A stretch of DNA of 64,000 bases, taken from Eutreptiella sp. 'Long Island Sound 2002' (lineage: Eukaryota; Protista; Euglenida). The notes below the pieces were generated by a model. It saw nothing but the letters and a program-made list of their open reading frames with translations. It had not been told where the DNA came from and ran no database searches. Location of the stretch: contig OZ038378.1 in assembly GCA_964036045.1 (NCBI GenBank), forward strand, positions 97,588,001 through 97,652,000. The letters run 5' to 3'. Made by a program: the position numbers and the translations under genes. Below, one piece after another: positions 47,873 to 60,699 of this stretch (within the stretch, counting starts at the first letter, position 1; every line of letters begins with the position of its first letter).

Positions 47873-50800
47873 TCATGTCTTTCCAAGCAGGTCACAATGC
47901 TGTGGGGAGGGGTGTGAAGCCAGTTCGGATCCCATTCTCACTCTGTCCCATAGTGCAGCGATTGCAGCAATTTCAGCCATTTCAACGACTTTGAGTATCA
48001 TTTCAGCAAAATTCGAATGAATTCTTTCTGTGATCCACAGGTTGGAGGAATTGACACTTTTGGTTGAGCTAAGGCCTGTTGTGTCTGTGCGCGCCCTTCT
48101 AGTGTTCTTGGTGGTGTGCACGTGCTCTATATACTTCAATGCGGGCCGATCCACCGATTACCCTTCCTGTCTGGTGCTAATAGTGTCAGATCTACAATTT
48201 AGATGTTAAGATCACTATTCGAACCGGAGGAAAACTAAGCCAGCCATGGTACTTAGGGTTGATCTTTTTTGCGGACTACCGTTGAGGGAGTGCCTTTGGG
48301 AAAACCAATGCCGTCCTTATTCATGCTATGGTTGTAGTCCGTAGTCATGGCAAAAGCGACCAACTTTCCGCGGTGCTTTCCGAGAAAGATGAGTGGTGAG
48401 ACTACTCGCTCGGCAAGGTGTTTCCATAGGCGTTTTGTCCTCCCATCTGTGCAAAAAAAGGTAAACAAGTCTTCCTCCCAATGTTGGTCTCCCCACCGGC
48501 TGTAGTTGTCCTTTTTTTTTGTCAAATCGGCCGGTTCAGAAAGTGCCAGGGCCCGTAGGCCAGCGTGCAGAGTCTCTTGCTAAATGCAGATTTCGGCAGT
48601 GCCAGGGTAAACACGCGGGTCTCAGCTCCGGGCTGGACCCCCGTGGGTTCCCTAAGTTGGGGTCAGCTGGTTCTGTTACGCTGGCGTGTGATGTGTTGCC
48701 GTGTCGTGTTCGTCTGGGTCCATGAGTGGTAACTCCCATTCTGTTGGGTCCCAGTGTGGTTTGTGCCATTTGGGTAATGGGAGGAGTGGGATTTCCCACA
48801 ATGTGGGGTCCCACTCTTCCCTTGGTCGCTTGCGCGTGAAGTATAGTTGTCGGCGTATGGGCAGTGTTTCTGCTGTGTATAATTCCTGTTTTGTCCCGTA
48901 TGCCTTTTGTTCCAGGAGTAGGCGCCGGTGCCAGAGTTTCAGCGGTCAGTAAAACCAATGTAAGTGTCGATGGTGTGTTCCTTGCAGTTGGTGGTAATAC
49001 TGTATGTGTATCGTATAGCGTCGTGTGAGGCGTAAGTAGTTGAACCCGTCCTCGTATAGCTGGCGGGCTGTTTGTTTTGCGACATCATATGTGTGGGTGA
49101 CGTCCGGGCAGTATTGTAAATATTGGTGTTCCGTCCGCAGTTTGCGAAGGTGGTCCTGTGCTAACGATGCTTGCAATGCCTGGTACTTCCGTTTCGCAGT
49201 GATCGCGGACTCGTACATATCCCGTAGGTTGCGTATGTGGTGCATTGTCTGTTCGTACATATGTGCCTGGTTATAGACGTTGGTGACCAGGCGTAAATGG
49301 CTCATGGTGAGGTTTTCCAGGTTTGTGAGGTGTTGTGTTGCTTGTGCAAGTAATGTGTCGTGGTGTCGTGCGTGTTTGTTTGCGGTTTGTGGTGGTGGGT
49401 TTGTGTGCATGACGTTTCTCGTGAACCATTGAACGGCACCGTCGTCGTTGGCTTGGCGGGTTTCCTGGAGCCATAGGTCGACGTCTATGATTGGTGCCTC
49501 CTCATCCGGTATTCGTTTTCGTTTTTGTGTTCCTGTGGCTGCTCCCACATGGTCGCGCAAGTTTTGGGGAGTTTCACGTGGCGTGTACTGTGTGCCTGTG
49601 AATCTGGTGATCCACAGTGTGGAGGGCCCTAGGTCTGGTGTTGGGTCCGCCAGTTGGCGGCGTAGTTCGTGCACGCCTTGTAGGGCCCGGAACTGGAACA
49701 GCCCCACCACTGAACGGAACTTGTGTCGTTCCTGTTGTGGAAAAATACCCACAAGGGTGTGTGGGATGAGGAGGCGCACACAGAGCCACCGTTCGTGGTG
49801 TGTTGCTGTGCCCACCCACTCTTGCGCGTAGTGAGACCAGTGGTTCCACCATGTCACCCAGTCCGTCCGGAACATGGACCATGTCGGGCAGTAGGCTAGG
49901 CGCATTTGTACGGACCCCCCATGTTGGGTTCCACGTGCCGAACAGTGTGGGGATGCGTTCCCATGGTGCCCCATGTCCCCACCAGCGCACCTGCCCCCAA
50001 AACCACGGGATCCACGCGTTCCGTCGGTAGTGTTTTAGAGGTTTCCAGCTGATCCAGTGTACTTATGCCGGGAGTTTGTGTCGGCGCAGTTGTGTGATCC
50101 ATGATTTGGCGGGTGTTGGCATGATAAGCCCGTGGAGGAGTATGTCGCGTTGTTTGGGTGGTGGCAGCTCCATGGGCAGGTTGTCCCCCATTTTCGCCAG
50201 TGTGCCCGAGTCGTTGTTGCCTATTATGTCCTAGTAGTCCCGGTATGTGACGGCTTGTTTTGACTCTCGATGTCCGGGTGTCCAACAGATGGTCAGCCCC
50301 TTGGAGGTGACGTTGGCAAATCCCGGGTCACGGTAGTCCTGATCTTTTATTGTTCCCTTGCGAGGGGTTGGGGTGGCTTTCACCACTCCCTGGTTATCGA
50401 GGATGATTGAATCCCCAGGCTGTGCCAGGGTTGAAGCCACAGCGCAGGCCATTGTTTCTGCCCTGTAGACGTGTTGTGGTCCGTGCACGCGGAAGGCTGC
50501 CCTAAACTCACCATTGCTAATACCTCCTCCGTCCATGTCCATGTCCCCCGTCCATGTCTTTTGGAACCGTCTGTGTACCACCGTGAGGTGGTGGGGTGTC
50601 CGGTGTAGTATACCGCAACGCCCACTACGCTTGTGGTGTGGGGCAGCTGTGTCGTGACTTTTTGTCTTTCTTCGGGTAGTGGTTCGTCCGGTGGTGTTAT
50701 GCTGTCATACGATAGTCGGTGGGTAGCTACCTGTAGCCTGCCCGCCTGTTGCTCGTGGTCCTCTTCCGAGCTTTCAGAGTCAAATAGCCCTTCAGATAGG

Positions 50801-51543
50801 GGTCGGTGTGTACATGGATCCGGGGGCGGGATATGCGTTGTCCTGCACTGCCCCCCAAGTCACGGACAGCGTCCAAGTATTTGCATTGCGTAGCGGAGAG
50901 TTGCTGTTCGGATGGGCCGACGTTTCGAATTTCCTGCTGACCTATGGAGATCCATCTAGTGACAAAGGCCCACCAGATTTGTCGCAGTCCTAGTCCCCCG
51001 TCGCGTAGGTCGGTTGTGATGCGGTGGCGGTTCATTCACTGCTCAATACCTTGGGTGCTACGCGGGTATTCCAGAAGGATGTCATCCCAATTACCCATCC
51101 GCTGTCTGTTCCCCACGAACAGCCCGCGGTAAGTCCAACGGGGGATGAGTACCGAGTTTATAATGGTTACCTTCTCAAATCCATTCAAGGGGAGGGGCCC
51201 CGGCTGTAGTTGTCCTTCACCACTTGCAACCAAAGATGGGACATTTTTCTCCAAATGTTTGTTACACGTCGGATTCATGTGGTTGCGGAAATATTTCATC
51301 CACCAACACACGCGCCACCAGCGCCGGCGCTGCTGCAGGCGCTCGAGGCGGTTCAACCGCGATTGAGCGCTTCAACCGCGCCCATTCGGAATTCAACCGG
51401 GTAAAACCGGGTGAAACCGCTCTGTGGAGTACCCGATCCAAATGAGCACGTAGGGTAATGTGAGCAAAGGTAGGCACACCGCAGGTTGTGGGATAAGTTG
51501 GTCGTTGCTCCGCAAGGCACAACAAGTCTTTACTCTTTTGCAT
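47873..51543 (-). pseudogene. Unidentified decayed ORF split by the 48514-51199 LINE
   Basis: Removing the LINE at its TSD joins 51218-51543 to 48253-48495. It has a C2H2-like TCGVPTFAHITLRAHLDRVLH; no family recognised. Confidence 0.25.
48514..51199 (-). mobile_element. 5'-truncated non-LTR retrotransposon (RT thumb, RNase H, Zn-finger-like region, polyA)
   Basis: 18-bp TSD CCGGCTGTAGTTGTCCTT at 48496-48513 and 51200-51217; T-run at 48512-48520. Motifs LPLNGFEKVTIINSVLIP, DGGLGLRQ, WYTDGSK, RAETMA, DNQGV and WTPGH. Confidence 0.93.
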
Positions 51544-51849
51544 ATCCTTTACTTGCTTTGCTTATGAGTCGTGACCATTTGAACTTCTATTGAATTACGT
51601 AGGGTCAATTATGGGAGATGGCGTGTATTGAGCAAGTTGTGTACACATGCATTTGGTGTGCATTGTTTAAAGGTATAGAATTGCACTTGTGCCTTTGGTG
51701 CTAACCTCTCATTTGGCTGTCCTACTCCGTTGACATCCGGGATGTGTCTTACTAATTAATCATATCATTGGTGGAACGCGGTCGGTGAGCCATCATCCCT
51801 TTTCCTTGTGGTCTTGCCTGAGGATAGCTGATTTCATATGCCAATTAGG

Positions 51850-53500
51850 TGCGGAGATGATCCTCAATCAATGGCCAATATTCTTACTTTAATTGCATGC
51901 CTGCTCTCATGGGTCATCGGTGGGCAAAGTTTTCTCTTCATTTGCATGCTCTTTGGACCGGGTACTGTTGCGGTTCTCTCTTAGGGCTTGGATGGGTAGG
52001 GGTCTCACAATTCGGCGATGGATTAGTGAGGCTCCTTCTCTTAGGGCATGAATCGGTGGAGTTCTCTCTCTCAGAGCATGGACTTGGGCAAGACCATGTC
52101 TCTCGGGGCCTAGATTGGGGTGGCACCATCTCCATTTGGTGCGGGACCACCTCTCCTTGGGATACAACAATCTCACCATAGAGGTGCATTCATTGGCCCC
52201 ACGATGTCTCCATGTGCACTCTAACTGCAAGCCGGTTCTAGGTCTCTACATGTGACCCGGGGCATCTTCTTACCCAATCTCTGTCTAAGTAGCCTACATC
52301 GAATTGGTACAGTGTCGGATGGACATTCAGGTAGGCCAGATTGATTTCACTTGTCCACGTGTGGGTTGTTTCTAAAGCACATGCCGATTCGTGTATGCCA
52401 ACGCCATGGGGTCCCAAGCAATTAGGCACCAAGTCATGGGACCAAGTGGCATGTCCATGCATTGGAAGGGATGAGACATATGTCCTTTGTTGGATTTGCA
52501 TTTTAGTTATGACTTTGGTTCGCGACACTCCATATTTAGGGGGCCGAACAAATAGTATGTAGCATACACTAAACATGTGAAGTTTGGTAGGCAGACCCTT
52601 CTTGATGTCTTGGATTTCAGCTACAAGTAAACCCGCCAAGCGTATTCACTTGCGGGCCATTGTTTATGTTATTGCTAACGACTAGGCACCCGACATTTGG
52701 GGTGAAGTACTGAGGCATTGCTTTCATGATGATAGAAGTGTCATCTCAACCATGTGTCAAGATTTGTTTGCCATCGCCACGAGGTCACTCTACCAACCCA
52801 TATTTCGTATTCCTCATAGCAAGCGCTTCATATATGATCATTCGTGACTCATGAGGATGGAGAACTCTTGTATGTTGCTGTACATTACCTTGTGCTCATG
52901 GTCCAAGTCGACATCATTTCTCATGTTTGGAACTTGGGTCTCTCAGTTGTATGTTTTCACTTTTTGGGCAAGGGTGGCGATGGGCCAGGTGTGACCAAGC
53001 TTCATAGGGAACCAAATGACACCATTATGTCGTGTATGATTTTTCCTGCGCTTTGTCATACACCATATGGACCTAATTGATGTGATTGTGTGACGCATGC
53101 TTTCACGTGAGCCAATTTGTTTCTCTCAAGGCGTTGAATTGAGGTTGTGCTAACATGGCGTCACATGTCCATAACGGAACGCATAGTTCGAACGTGCATG
53201 GTATATAAATTGATTCTCGTGGATAGGGATGGAACATCTTCTCGACTGTGCCATGTAAGTGGATTGTCTCTTTATGCTCGAATGAATGTTGTAATTGCAG
53301 GGCTTCTTTCCCGGCTCTTTCACTCTTCATGAATTGAGAAGAAGCACTTCGGCACCACTCTACTCTGTCAGTCACACCAGCCCGAGTGTTGATCAAATTG
53401 AGAGTATCACAACTTCTTGTTGTGGTCGTCTTGCTGAGACTTCGGGGCCTTTTCAAAGATTATCTTAGTGCGGAGAACCGAAACATTCTACAAAGGGCAA
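51850..53500 (-). pseudogene. Penelope-like element RT relic (heavily decayed)
   Basis: In order: L*KGP, ALRETNWLT*KHASHN (K.ADK-like), GT(P)MALAYTN and YQFDVGYLD. This is the PLE motif order, with many stops and frameshifts. Confidence 0.55.
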
Positions 53501-56500
53501 TACAAGCCATTCAAAGGTCGAAGAAGTTGGGACTGTTTGATATGGCAACCATAAGGGGTACAACATCCTCCCAAGGGCAACCAAATGAGGGCAAGCGTCT
53601 TGACCGCCTTTACTAAAAGACCACGGCAATTATGGGCAATTTTGCCCAAAGGCGCTCCGTGTGCCCACTTGGCGGCACTAGCTCTCCAAAACTAGAAGCC
53701 TCCGCTATCCGCCACAACATGTAGAATTACTCAAGGGTATGAGATCCAAGAATCAAGGTTGCTTTTGTTCCAAAACACTCTACATAGGGAGATACAAAGA
53801 AAATTATCTGGTTCCCAATAGCTTTGGTTGATGAAAACCTCACTGCTTTCCCGAATGGCTTTGGATGATGAAAACCAAACTGCTTTTCAAATAAGGAGAA
53901 TGAACTCAAAGTAGTCTAGCAATGGTAGGCAGCGGAGTACCAGGATCAAAGTTAGGATGTCAACATCTTCCAAATCAAGTGATAAGTAGCAAAGAGGGGC
54001 TACTAAAAAATAGTGCCTACTTGAATACAAAATGTCAATCGTTTTTTCAAAAAAATGAAAATGATTTTACTGTGAAAGCTGACAGCAATATTACTATGTA
54101 GACTGTAATCACCATTGGATTTGCACTGTTTTGTGTGCAATAATGTGGGTTGGGAATCTGAGGCAAATAGGTTAGGCTAGACACAAGTTGTGGCTTGGCC
54201 AGCTTGGCCAAGCAAATGAATTCAGAATTAGGTACCGAATTGGACCACAATAAGTAGATAAAACTTTTGTGTATCTAGGCTCTGAGGTGGGAGAGCACTA
54301 GGCGTAACCTTTTAGGAGAGCAGCATGAGGTGCCTACTTTCGTTTGTTAGACACCTCCGTGAAAAATGATACCTCCGCTCCGTTGAGTGGTAGGGCTGAA
54401 CTTCATGGAGGGCTAGGGATAATACCCCAGCTACTTTGAAAAATGCCCTTTAGGCTTCAAAAGAACAAAGAAAGATATCTAACATACGTCCCAAAGGGGG
54501 GCTTGGCCTGGAACAAATACTGCACAAAATATGTGGTTATTCACTTCTTACTCCCCCTTGGAGTACTAATTAATCAGCTTAGGAAGACCAAAGAAAAAGA
54601 CTTAAATTCCCAAGAAAACTCACTAGAAAATAACTCATACCGGCAGATGGCACTCTCATCAGTTGATAGAAACATCTTATACTACTCCTACCTTGTAAAG
54701 CGGTGTAATGCACCGTGTATGATGTCCCGGTTGTGGGGCATTCCTCAAATGATTAAACAATTAAGCGAAGACTTTTGGCAAAAATATGTCGTTCAGTTCA
54801 GCACAGCACAACAGTTCAGCTAACCTCAGCACGGCACAACAAAGCACAGGGGCCAGGGGGTTTGCACAGCTCAAAATCCCAGTGATTCTGCGCATGTCCA
54901 GTGATTTTTCCCTGACCCACCCTTTAGAAGTCGAAGCAGGTGGGGGTGCTAAAGCCGGAGAGTACGGCAGGTGCTAGTAATACATTTCTAAAAAAAATCT
55001 TTGCACTGCTCTCTTAGGGACTGCCAAAGTGTCAGGGTGCCAAAGTGTCTCGCCGCCTCCCCGTACCAGCAAAGGAACCCTTTGTTGTCTACCCGGGCAC
55101 CCGACCTTGATGATAGCGTCGTTTAACCAAGAAAGCATTAAAAAAAAGGGTTTGAAGTGACGTTACCTGCAACCCCCGGTGTTTAACATCTATTGCATTG
55201 TTCAGCAGCCCTAACGTCCTAAAAAAAAAGGCAGGGAAGAGTCAAGAGCAGGAGAGGGGGGCAAAACAGGTGCATTGTACAGAGTGCAAGGTCCCGCCAA
55301 TTAAAATGGGACCGAATGGCAATATAAGACTACACCAGGCAGACCCCTCACACCCTCCTCCTGCACCCCACTGCCGAAGCTTGTCCGTCCCAAACCCCGT
55401 CCCAACCTTGTGTCCATGTGCACCCCCTAAACATGTCCTAAGCACCCTCCCAGACTCCATGCTCCAAGCACAGCCATAAACCCACACCCAACCCTGTCAA
55501 ACACCCCGAATCCAGACGGCAATTCACCCCGATACCAACCGCCCATCAACCACGTTCCCCTGCAACACCCATTCAAAGAGCAATGTGAAGTCCAGCAAGT
55601 GCAATTTGGTGATCACATTTAGTTCCATGACCTTCCATTCCCTCTCCTACCTCCATGCCTGAAATGTGCCTGGAAGGACCAGCAACATGAAACTAGAAGC
55701 AGACCTAGGGGAAGTCTTTGCACTGCGCGCGCACGTTGCGCGCACTGTGCGCTACTTTTAGACTATGTTCCCCCCGAAGATCCCCCAAGCAGACCCCTTG
55801 GAAACGCCCTTAGAATTAAGTGACCCAAACTGGCCCCAGCTCAAGAAAATTGCAAACTACCTTCCCTTCACATAACACACCACATGGGGCTGGAACGCAC
55901 AGCATAGAAAATAAAAAATGGCAAGAAAAAGCTGGGCATTTTGCAGGGGATTTTTGGAAACGCTTAGCAATTATGGTCACCAAATAGGACTCGTATCACG
56001 TGGTACATATAAGAAATTCCAAGCAATATTGGTTGCGTTTTGGGTCCCGAGCTGGCTACCAAAACTTCCGAGCATTTTTCCGGGCAACTTTGAAAACTTC
56101 CAGGCGATTATCAAATGAACTTTGCCATGTTGAGAGAGGGCAATGTTGTCCACCCATATACTTGACCTCAGCAAAGCAACCTGCAAAAATAAAAAGAATA
56201 CTTCACGCAACAAAGTGTGGAATCAAAGATTGTCCCGGTTTCCTCAATAGCCCCGGAACGTTGGGGCCCAAAAGAGGGCGGAAATGCTACGTCACCCCTG
56301 CATTCTCGGGTGTCCCCAAACAAAGGGGGACAAAATCAGAAGTCAAAACCTCCGCTAGGGGTCACCATGATGCCCCTAGGGGCCCCTAGTATCTCAAAGT
56401 ATGGGTCTCTAGTACGGCCAGACGCCCAAATAGTTGCACTGCGCGCGCACTGCGCTTGAGGCGCCCCCCTAGACCTGAGCATACAATTTGGGGGGAGGGT

Positions 56501-56561
56501 TGACTGTTCTGAGGATGCACCTAACACCCTGCCTAGGCTCCCACACCCCACTCACTCTCGG

Positions 56562-56995
56562 ATGGTACTAAAAAAAATCCCAGAAACTGACCAAACAAAA
56601 TGTACTGAAAACCCCACATATGTACTTGGAACCGCCTGAATTGTACCATAAACCCCCCCTAGTTGTACCAAAAAAAAAGCCCCGAAATGGAATAAAAAAG
56701 CCCCCGAGCTGTACCGAAAGACCCTCCGGAATGTACCAAAAAAAACCCTGAAACGTACCGAAACCCCCCCCCCCCGCCAAATACCAAATAATCCCCAAAA
56801 ATGTATCAAAAAACCCCCCGTTATGTACCAAAATACTGCCGCCAAATACCAAACCCCCCCCCAAAATGTACCAAAAAACCCCGCACAACCCACAAAATGT
56901 ACCAAAAAAGCCCCCGCGGGGGGTTTCTGGACCATTTCGGGGGGTTTTTTGGTACATTTTGTGCCAGAACGGGGGGGGATTTTGGTACAATGTTT
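56562..56995. repeat. Degenerate TGTACCAAAAAACCCCC-type minisatellite with an orientation flip at about 56915
   Basis: Repeated tgtacc+A-run+C-run units, then reverse-complement units (tttttggtaca) after CCCCCGCGGGGG. Confidence 0.85.
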
Positions 56996-57699
56996 TTTGT
57001 TATTCACCACGAGCTCCACTACCAGTGAGGTGCCGGAGGTAGGGCATCAGCAGTTGTTTGACGGATATCTTGCTGGTGGTCCTGGGCTGCATAGAATGCC
57101 AGCCCATTAGACGCCACGACGACACAACCATCTGCCCCCAGGACAGGCCTTTGCTTAGTGGTGAGGGGATCTGAGTAGGATCCAGCCGGTCAGCTCAGTA
57201 GGAAGGAGCCCGCCCTATGGGCAACTGAGTTGGACCCAGCACCATCCACAAGGCTCCTCACTAGGAACCCGCCCTGCCCACCCCCAAACTAGGCAAAGGC
57301 CTGCCCAAACGATCTTATAGAAGAATGTGGGCATGGCTGCTCACGCTCAACCACCTTGGCAGAGACAAGAAGTCATTCAATACCGTGATAGCAAGGAGGG
57401 CGACGAGGAAAGGAGGGCAGTACAGGCACCGCCCCCCCTGGGTACTCCTGCAAAAGGTGCAGTTCCTCGTTGCTCTGCAATGTACCGAACAAATCGCTCT
57501 ATCCCCTCCCAACATACGACCATTCCACTGCACGCCACACTTCACATACAATCCTGCATGTAAACCTGCCTCCTTCGGTCTCCTGCCACTCATTCAACCC
57601 CTGCTGCTATCGGGCCCTCTGCACATTCCAAAGAACTGTGACGCAGGCGGCACCAAATCGTGACAACATGATACACGTCGAATCAGTTCTATCCACGTT

Positions 57700-60510
57700 G
57701 AGAGTGAGAGTTCCTGCACCAGGGCGCTAATTGGCCGACCTTCTGTAACCTTCCCTCCCCTTCATTCTTGTGCGGCCTGGTTTCAGGGACCGCACACAAC
57801 CCATGCGTGTTGCATGGTCTGCGAGTCATCCAAAACCACAGAGTCAATACATGTGCACTGGCCGTGCATTCGTCGCCCAAAGCCCCAAAAAGCATTGGTC
57901 CATTTGGCTGGACTGCAATTTTGAAAAGGCGGCAACATGGGAGGTGAAAGGTTTCTACTTTCGCTGCATGCCACAGTAAAATGGAATACTGTCGCAACAT
58001 TTCCTGTGCATCAGTCAGACAGCCCCTAGGTTTCCTGCACATTGCGCGCAGGCCAGTGGGGTGTAGTCTTGTAGCTTCAGTGCACTGGCTAGTTTCTGCA
58101 CTGTGCTAGCAGTATATGCTGCCGGGTGTCAGGTAATGAGTACTGGGGACCGGTCCCGGATCTTGGTGCAACAGAAAGTGGCTCCAAAGAGGGAAAACGG
58201 CAAAAGGACTAAGATCAACACCAGGGGGCGCCACCATTGGGATATGACGCTTGAACCACCACTTTTGCTTCGAGGGCCCAATTCCTTGAAATCTTTTTGA
58301 TAAAGGCCTTGTGCCTGGTTTCCTCACTGATGGACCCAAACACGCCAGCTGTGACAAGTAGGCATGCTGTGGGCATTAGCACGATTCTCCATTACCGCAT
58401 GCATTAAGCCTTCATGCAAGCAGACAGCAAGCAGACAGACTGTAACCTTTTGCCAATCTGCTCCTATCGGCGTTAGGTTGAACGACTGTCTTCCATTAGC
58501 TGCAAGTGAAGCTGCGCCTGTGCTCGGGCTGCAGGAGGCTATAGTACGACAGGAGCAGTTTCCAATCAGATCCACAGGCCTTTAGAGGAGACGGGCAGAT
58601 AAATCTTGGCGCCATAGTCATCAATGGAGCAAAGACAAGCAAAGACAAAAAACCAGAAATGCCTCACAAAGCAGCCAAGATCAGGTGCACGTTGGTTAAG
58701 TGTCAAAAATGGCACCACATGACAACACCATCGGACCCCCGTCCCAACGGTTCAGTCTGCGTTTGTGGTCGTTGAAGCAAATGACAATTGGATGCATCGC
58801 CGAGGGCAAAGAGAAAACTATCGTGCAAGAGGGGTGGGTGGCGGGGTGCAGTGGTGCTGCCAGAAAAGCTGAAAGAGTATGCTGGTTGGTACAGACCCGT
58901 GTGTGTACGTGTTCGCCTTTTGCGGAGGGAATCCTCCACTCCTGGATAGGTGGGTTGGTTGCCAATTGGGGGTGAACAGGGTGGGGTAAAAAAACTGCGA
59001 GAGTCCGGCAGCCTTTTTGGCTACCTAACAGCTAGGGAAAAACTAGTTTTACTTTGTGAGAGTGGGACAGCTGTCCCGCTACTCACAGGTGCTGCTTCTG
59101 CCCCTTGGTGGGCAGGGGGAGGGGGTCCACAAGGGCAGTCCAGGGGGCGGTGGGTCAATCAAGGCTGGTCGGTTGTCATGCAGCCGGAAGGTTGAAGTGT
59201 GACCATATGCAAATTGGGACTTAGGCAGCACGCCAGGGAGCAGGTACTGCCGCAAGTGCCAACCATTCTCGGATACTTGGCCGGTTGCCCCACATGTTCC
59301 AGGTGGCACAGCATGCATATTATTACCACCATGCAGCCTCCGACAGCTCTACCACCAACACTGTAATACAATCAGTGCCCAGTACCTTGTCTTCGCATGA
59401 CTTGCCTGCTGATTGATCGTTCTTTGGGCGAGTGTGGGGAGGGCTGGGTTGTTTTTGTGGGTTAGAGTGGAACCTGTCTGCCCACTGCTCACAGCCTGCT
59501 GCGCCTGTGACGTCCGGCGGCGGCGGGGCGGCGCAGTATGCAACAAAGGTGAAATAGCGAAGGCGATTTTCTCGCACAAAGCTACCACAGCGTTGCCCAA
59601 AAAGGTGCTGGTGAGTAGATATTGCATGTGTATCTCGCCGCAGAAGGCATTGGCATGCCCCAGCAACAGGCATGCGCGACACTGAGCTTCCAGGAGGCAA
59701 TGGGGGGGGTGGGGGTTCAGAGCCAATTTCCCTGCCCACCTCCAATGTGGAACATTTCCCGGCGTCTACAGGTGACCCAAAAATCACAAAACATTGAAAA
59801 TGGTATTTTTGGAGTCAGTGCGTCCCGGCAAAACAGAAGTTCGTCTTGACAAAGTATTAGGCCGAGCACAGGTGTCCATTTCCCAGATACCACCCTTCCC
59901 CTGCCATCAGGAGGTCGCCATGCGGTCCATCAGGTCAAATCTGGTCCACGACGTCAATTCCATTCGAGGCCCAGCAGGTTAGGATATTCACATGGTGTCC
60001 AACAGGACGGTCATGAGGGCAGAACTGCACCTCCCCCTGCCCACCGCACCAGACGGAGTCTGCAGGTCTCACACTGCGGGGGAAGACTGGCCACAGAACG
60101 CCATACACCCCAAGTCCCAAAGTAGTGCTTACGTGTCTCCCATTGGGGGCGATGCATTGGGCAAGGGCTCGCCGTTGCGCACCCACATGTGCTTTTTTTC
60201 ATCAAAGGCGTAGTACTTTGGCTCCTTGGCCCCCTCAAGACTGTCAATTTGGCGCTTCTCGCTTCCAGCGGTCGCCCAGTCACTGCGGCGCATGCACTCC
60301 GTGACCTTGCCCCAGATCCTGCGAGCATCGGCGTCCCTGTACACGGGCTGTAGCGGGCAATCACTTGCATCCCACGTATGGATGTACTCCCGCTCATCCC
60401 CATTCTGCAGCCACACTTGGCCCGCCCAATTGCCACAAATCTCGTACAACTGCAGCAGAGGATCGGGGCAGGATCGGGGTGGATGCATCGAGAATGGGGG
60501 AAGGATCAAG
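57700..60510 (-). pseudogene. Second, very decayed CxC/KDZ-like transposase relic
   Basis: Ordered remnants: GVLWPVFPRSVRP, CMLCH, VCLLAVCLHEGLM, KPRGCLTDAQEML, KVETFHLP/FQNCSP and ASAHVLTLWF. Pattern-level similarity only. Confidence 0.4.
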
Positions 60511-60565
60511 AAGCATGCGTCATGCTAAACGGCAGACGCAGAGGATCCCGCAGGTGGACAAAATG

Positions 60566-60699
60566 AGGTTTGTAACAGCTGTCTACTTTGCGCCAGATTA
60601 TCCAGCGCATATCCATCGTCACCCTCCCCCAAAGGTTTGTAACAGCTGTCTACTTTGCGCCAGATTATCCAGCGCATATCCATCGTCACCCTCCCCCAA
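60566..60699. repeat. Exact 67-bp tandem duplication
   Basis: aggtttgtaacagctgtc...caccctcccccaa starts at 60566 and again at 60633. Confidence 0.95.

Noticed and set aside
57185-57245. tRNA or tRNA-derived SINE head (AGCTCAGTAGG...GAGTTGGACCC)
   Set aside because: The B-box is imperfect, spacing is too short and there is no acceptor stem; it folds better as a simple hairpin.
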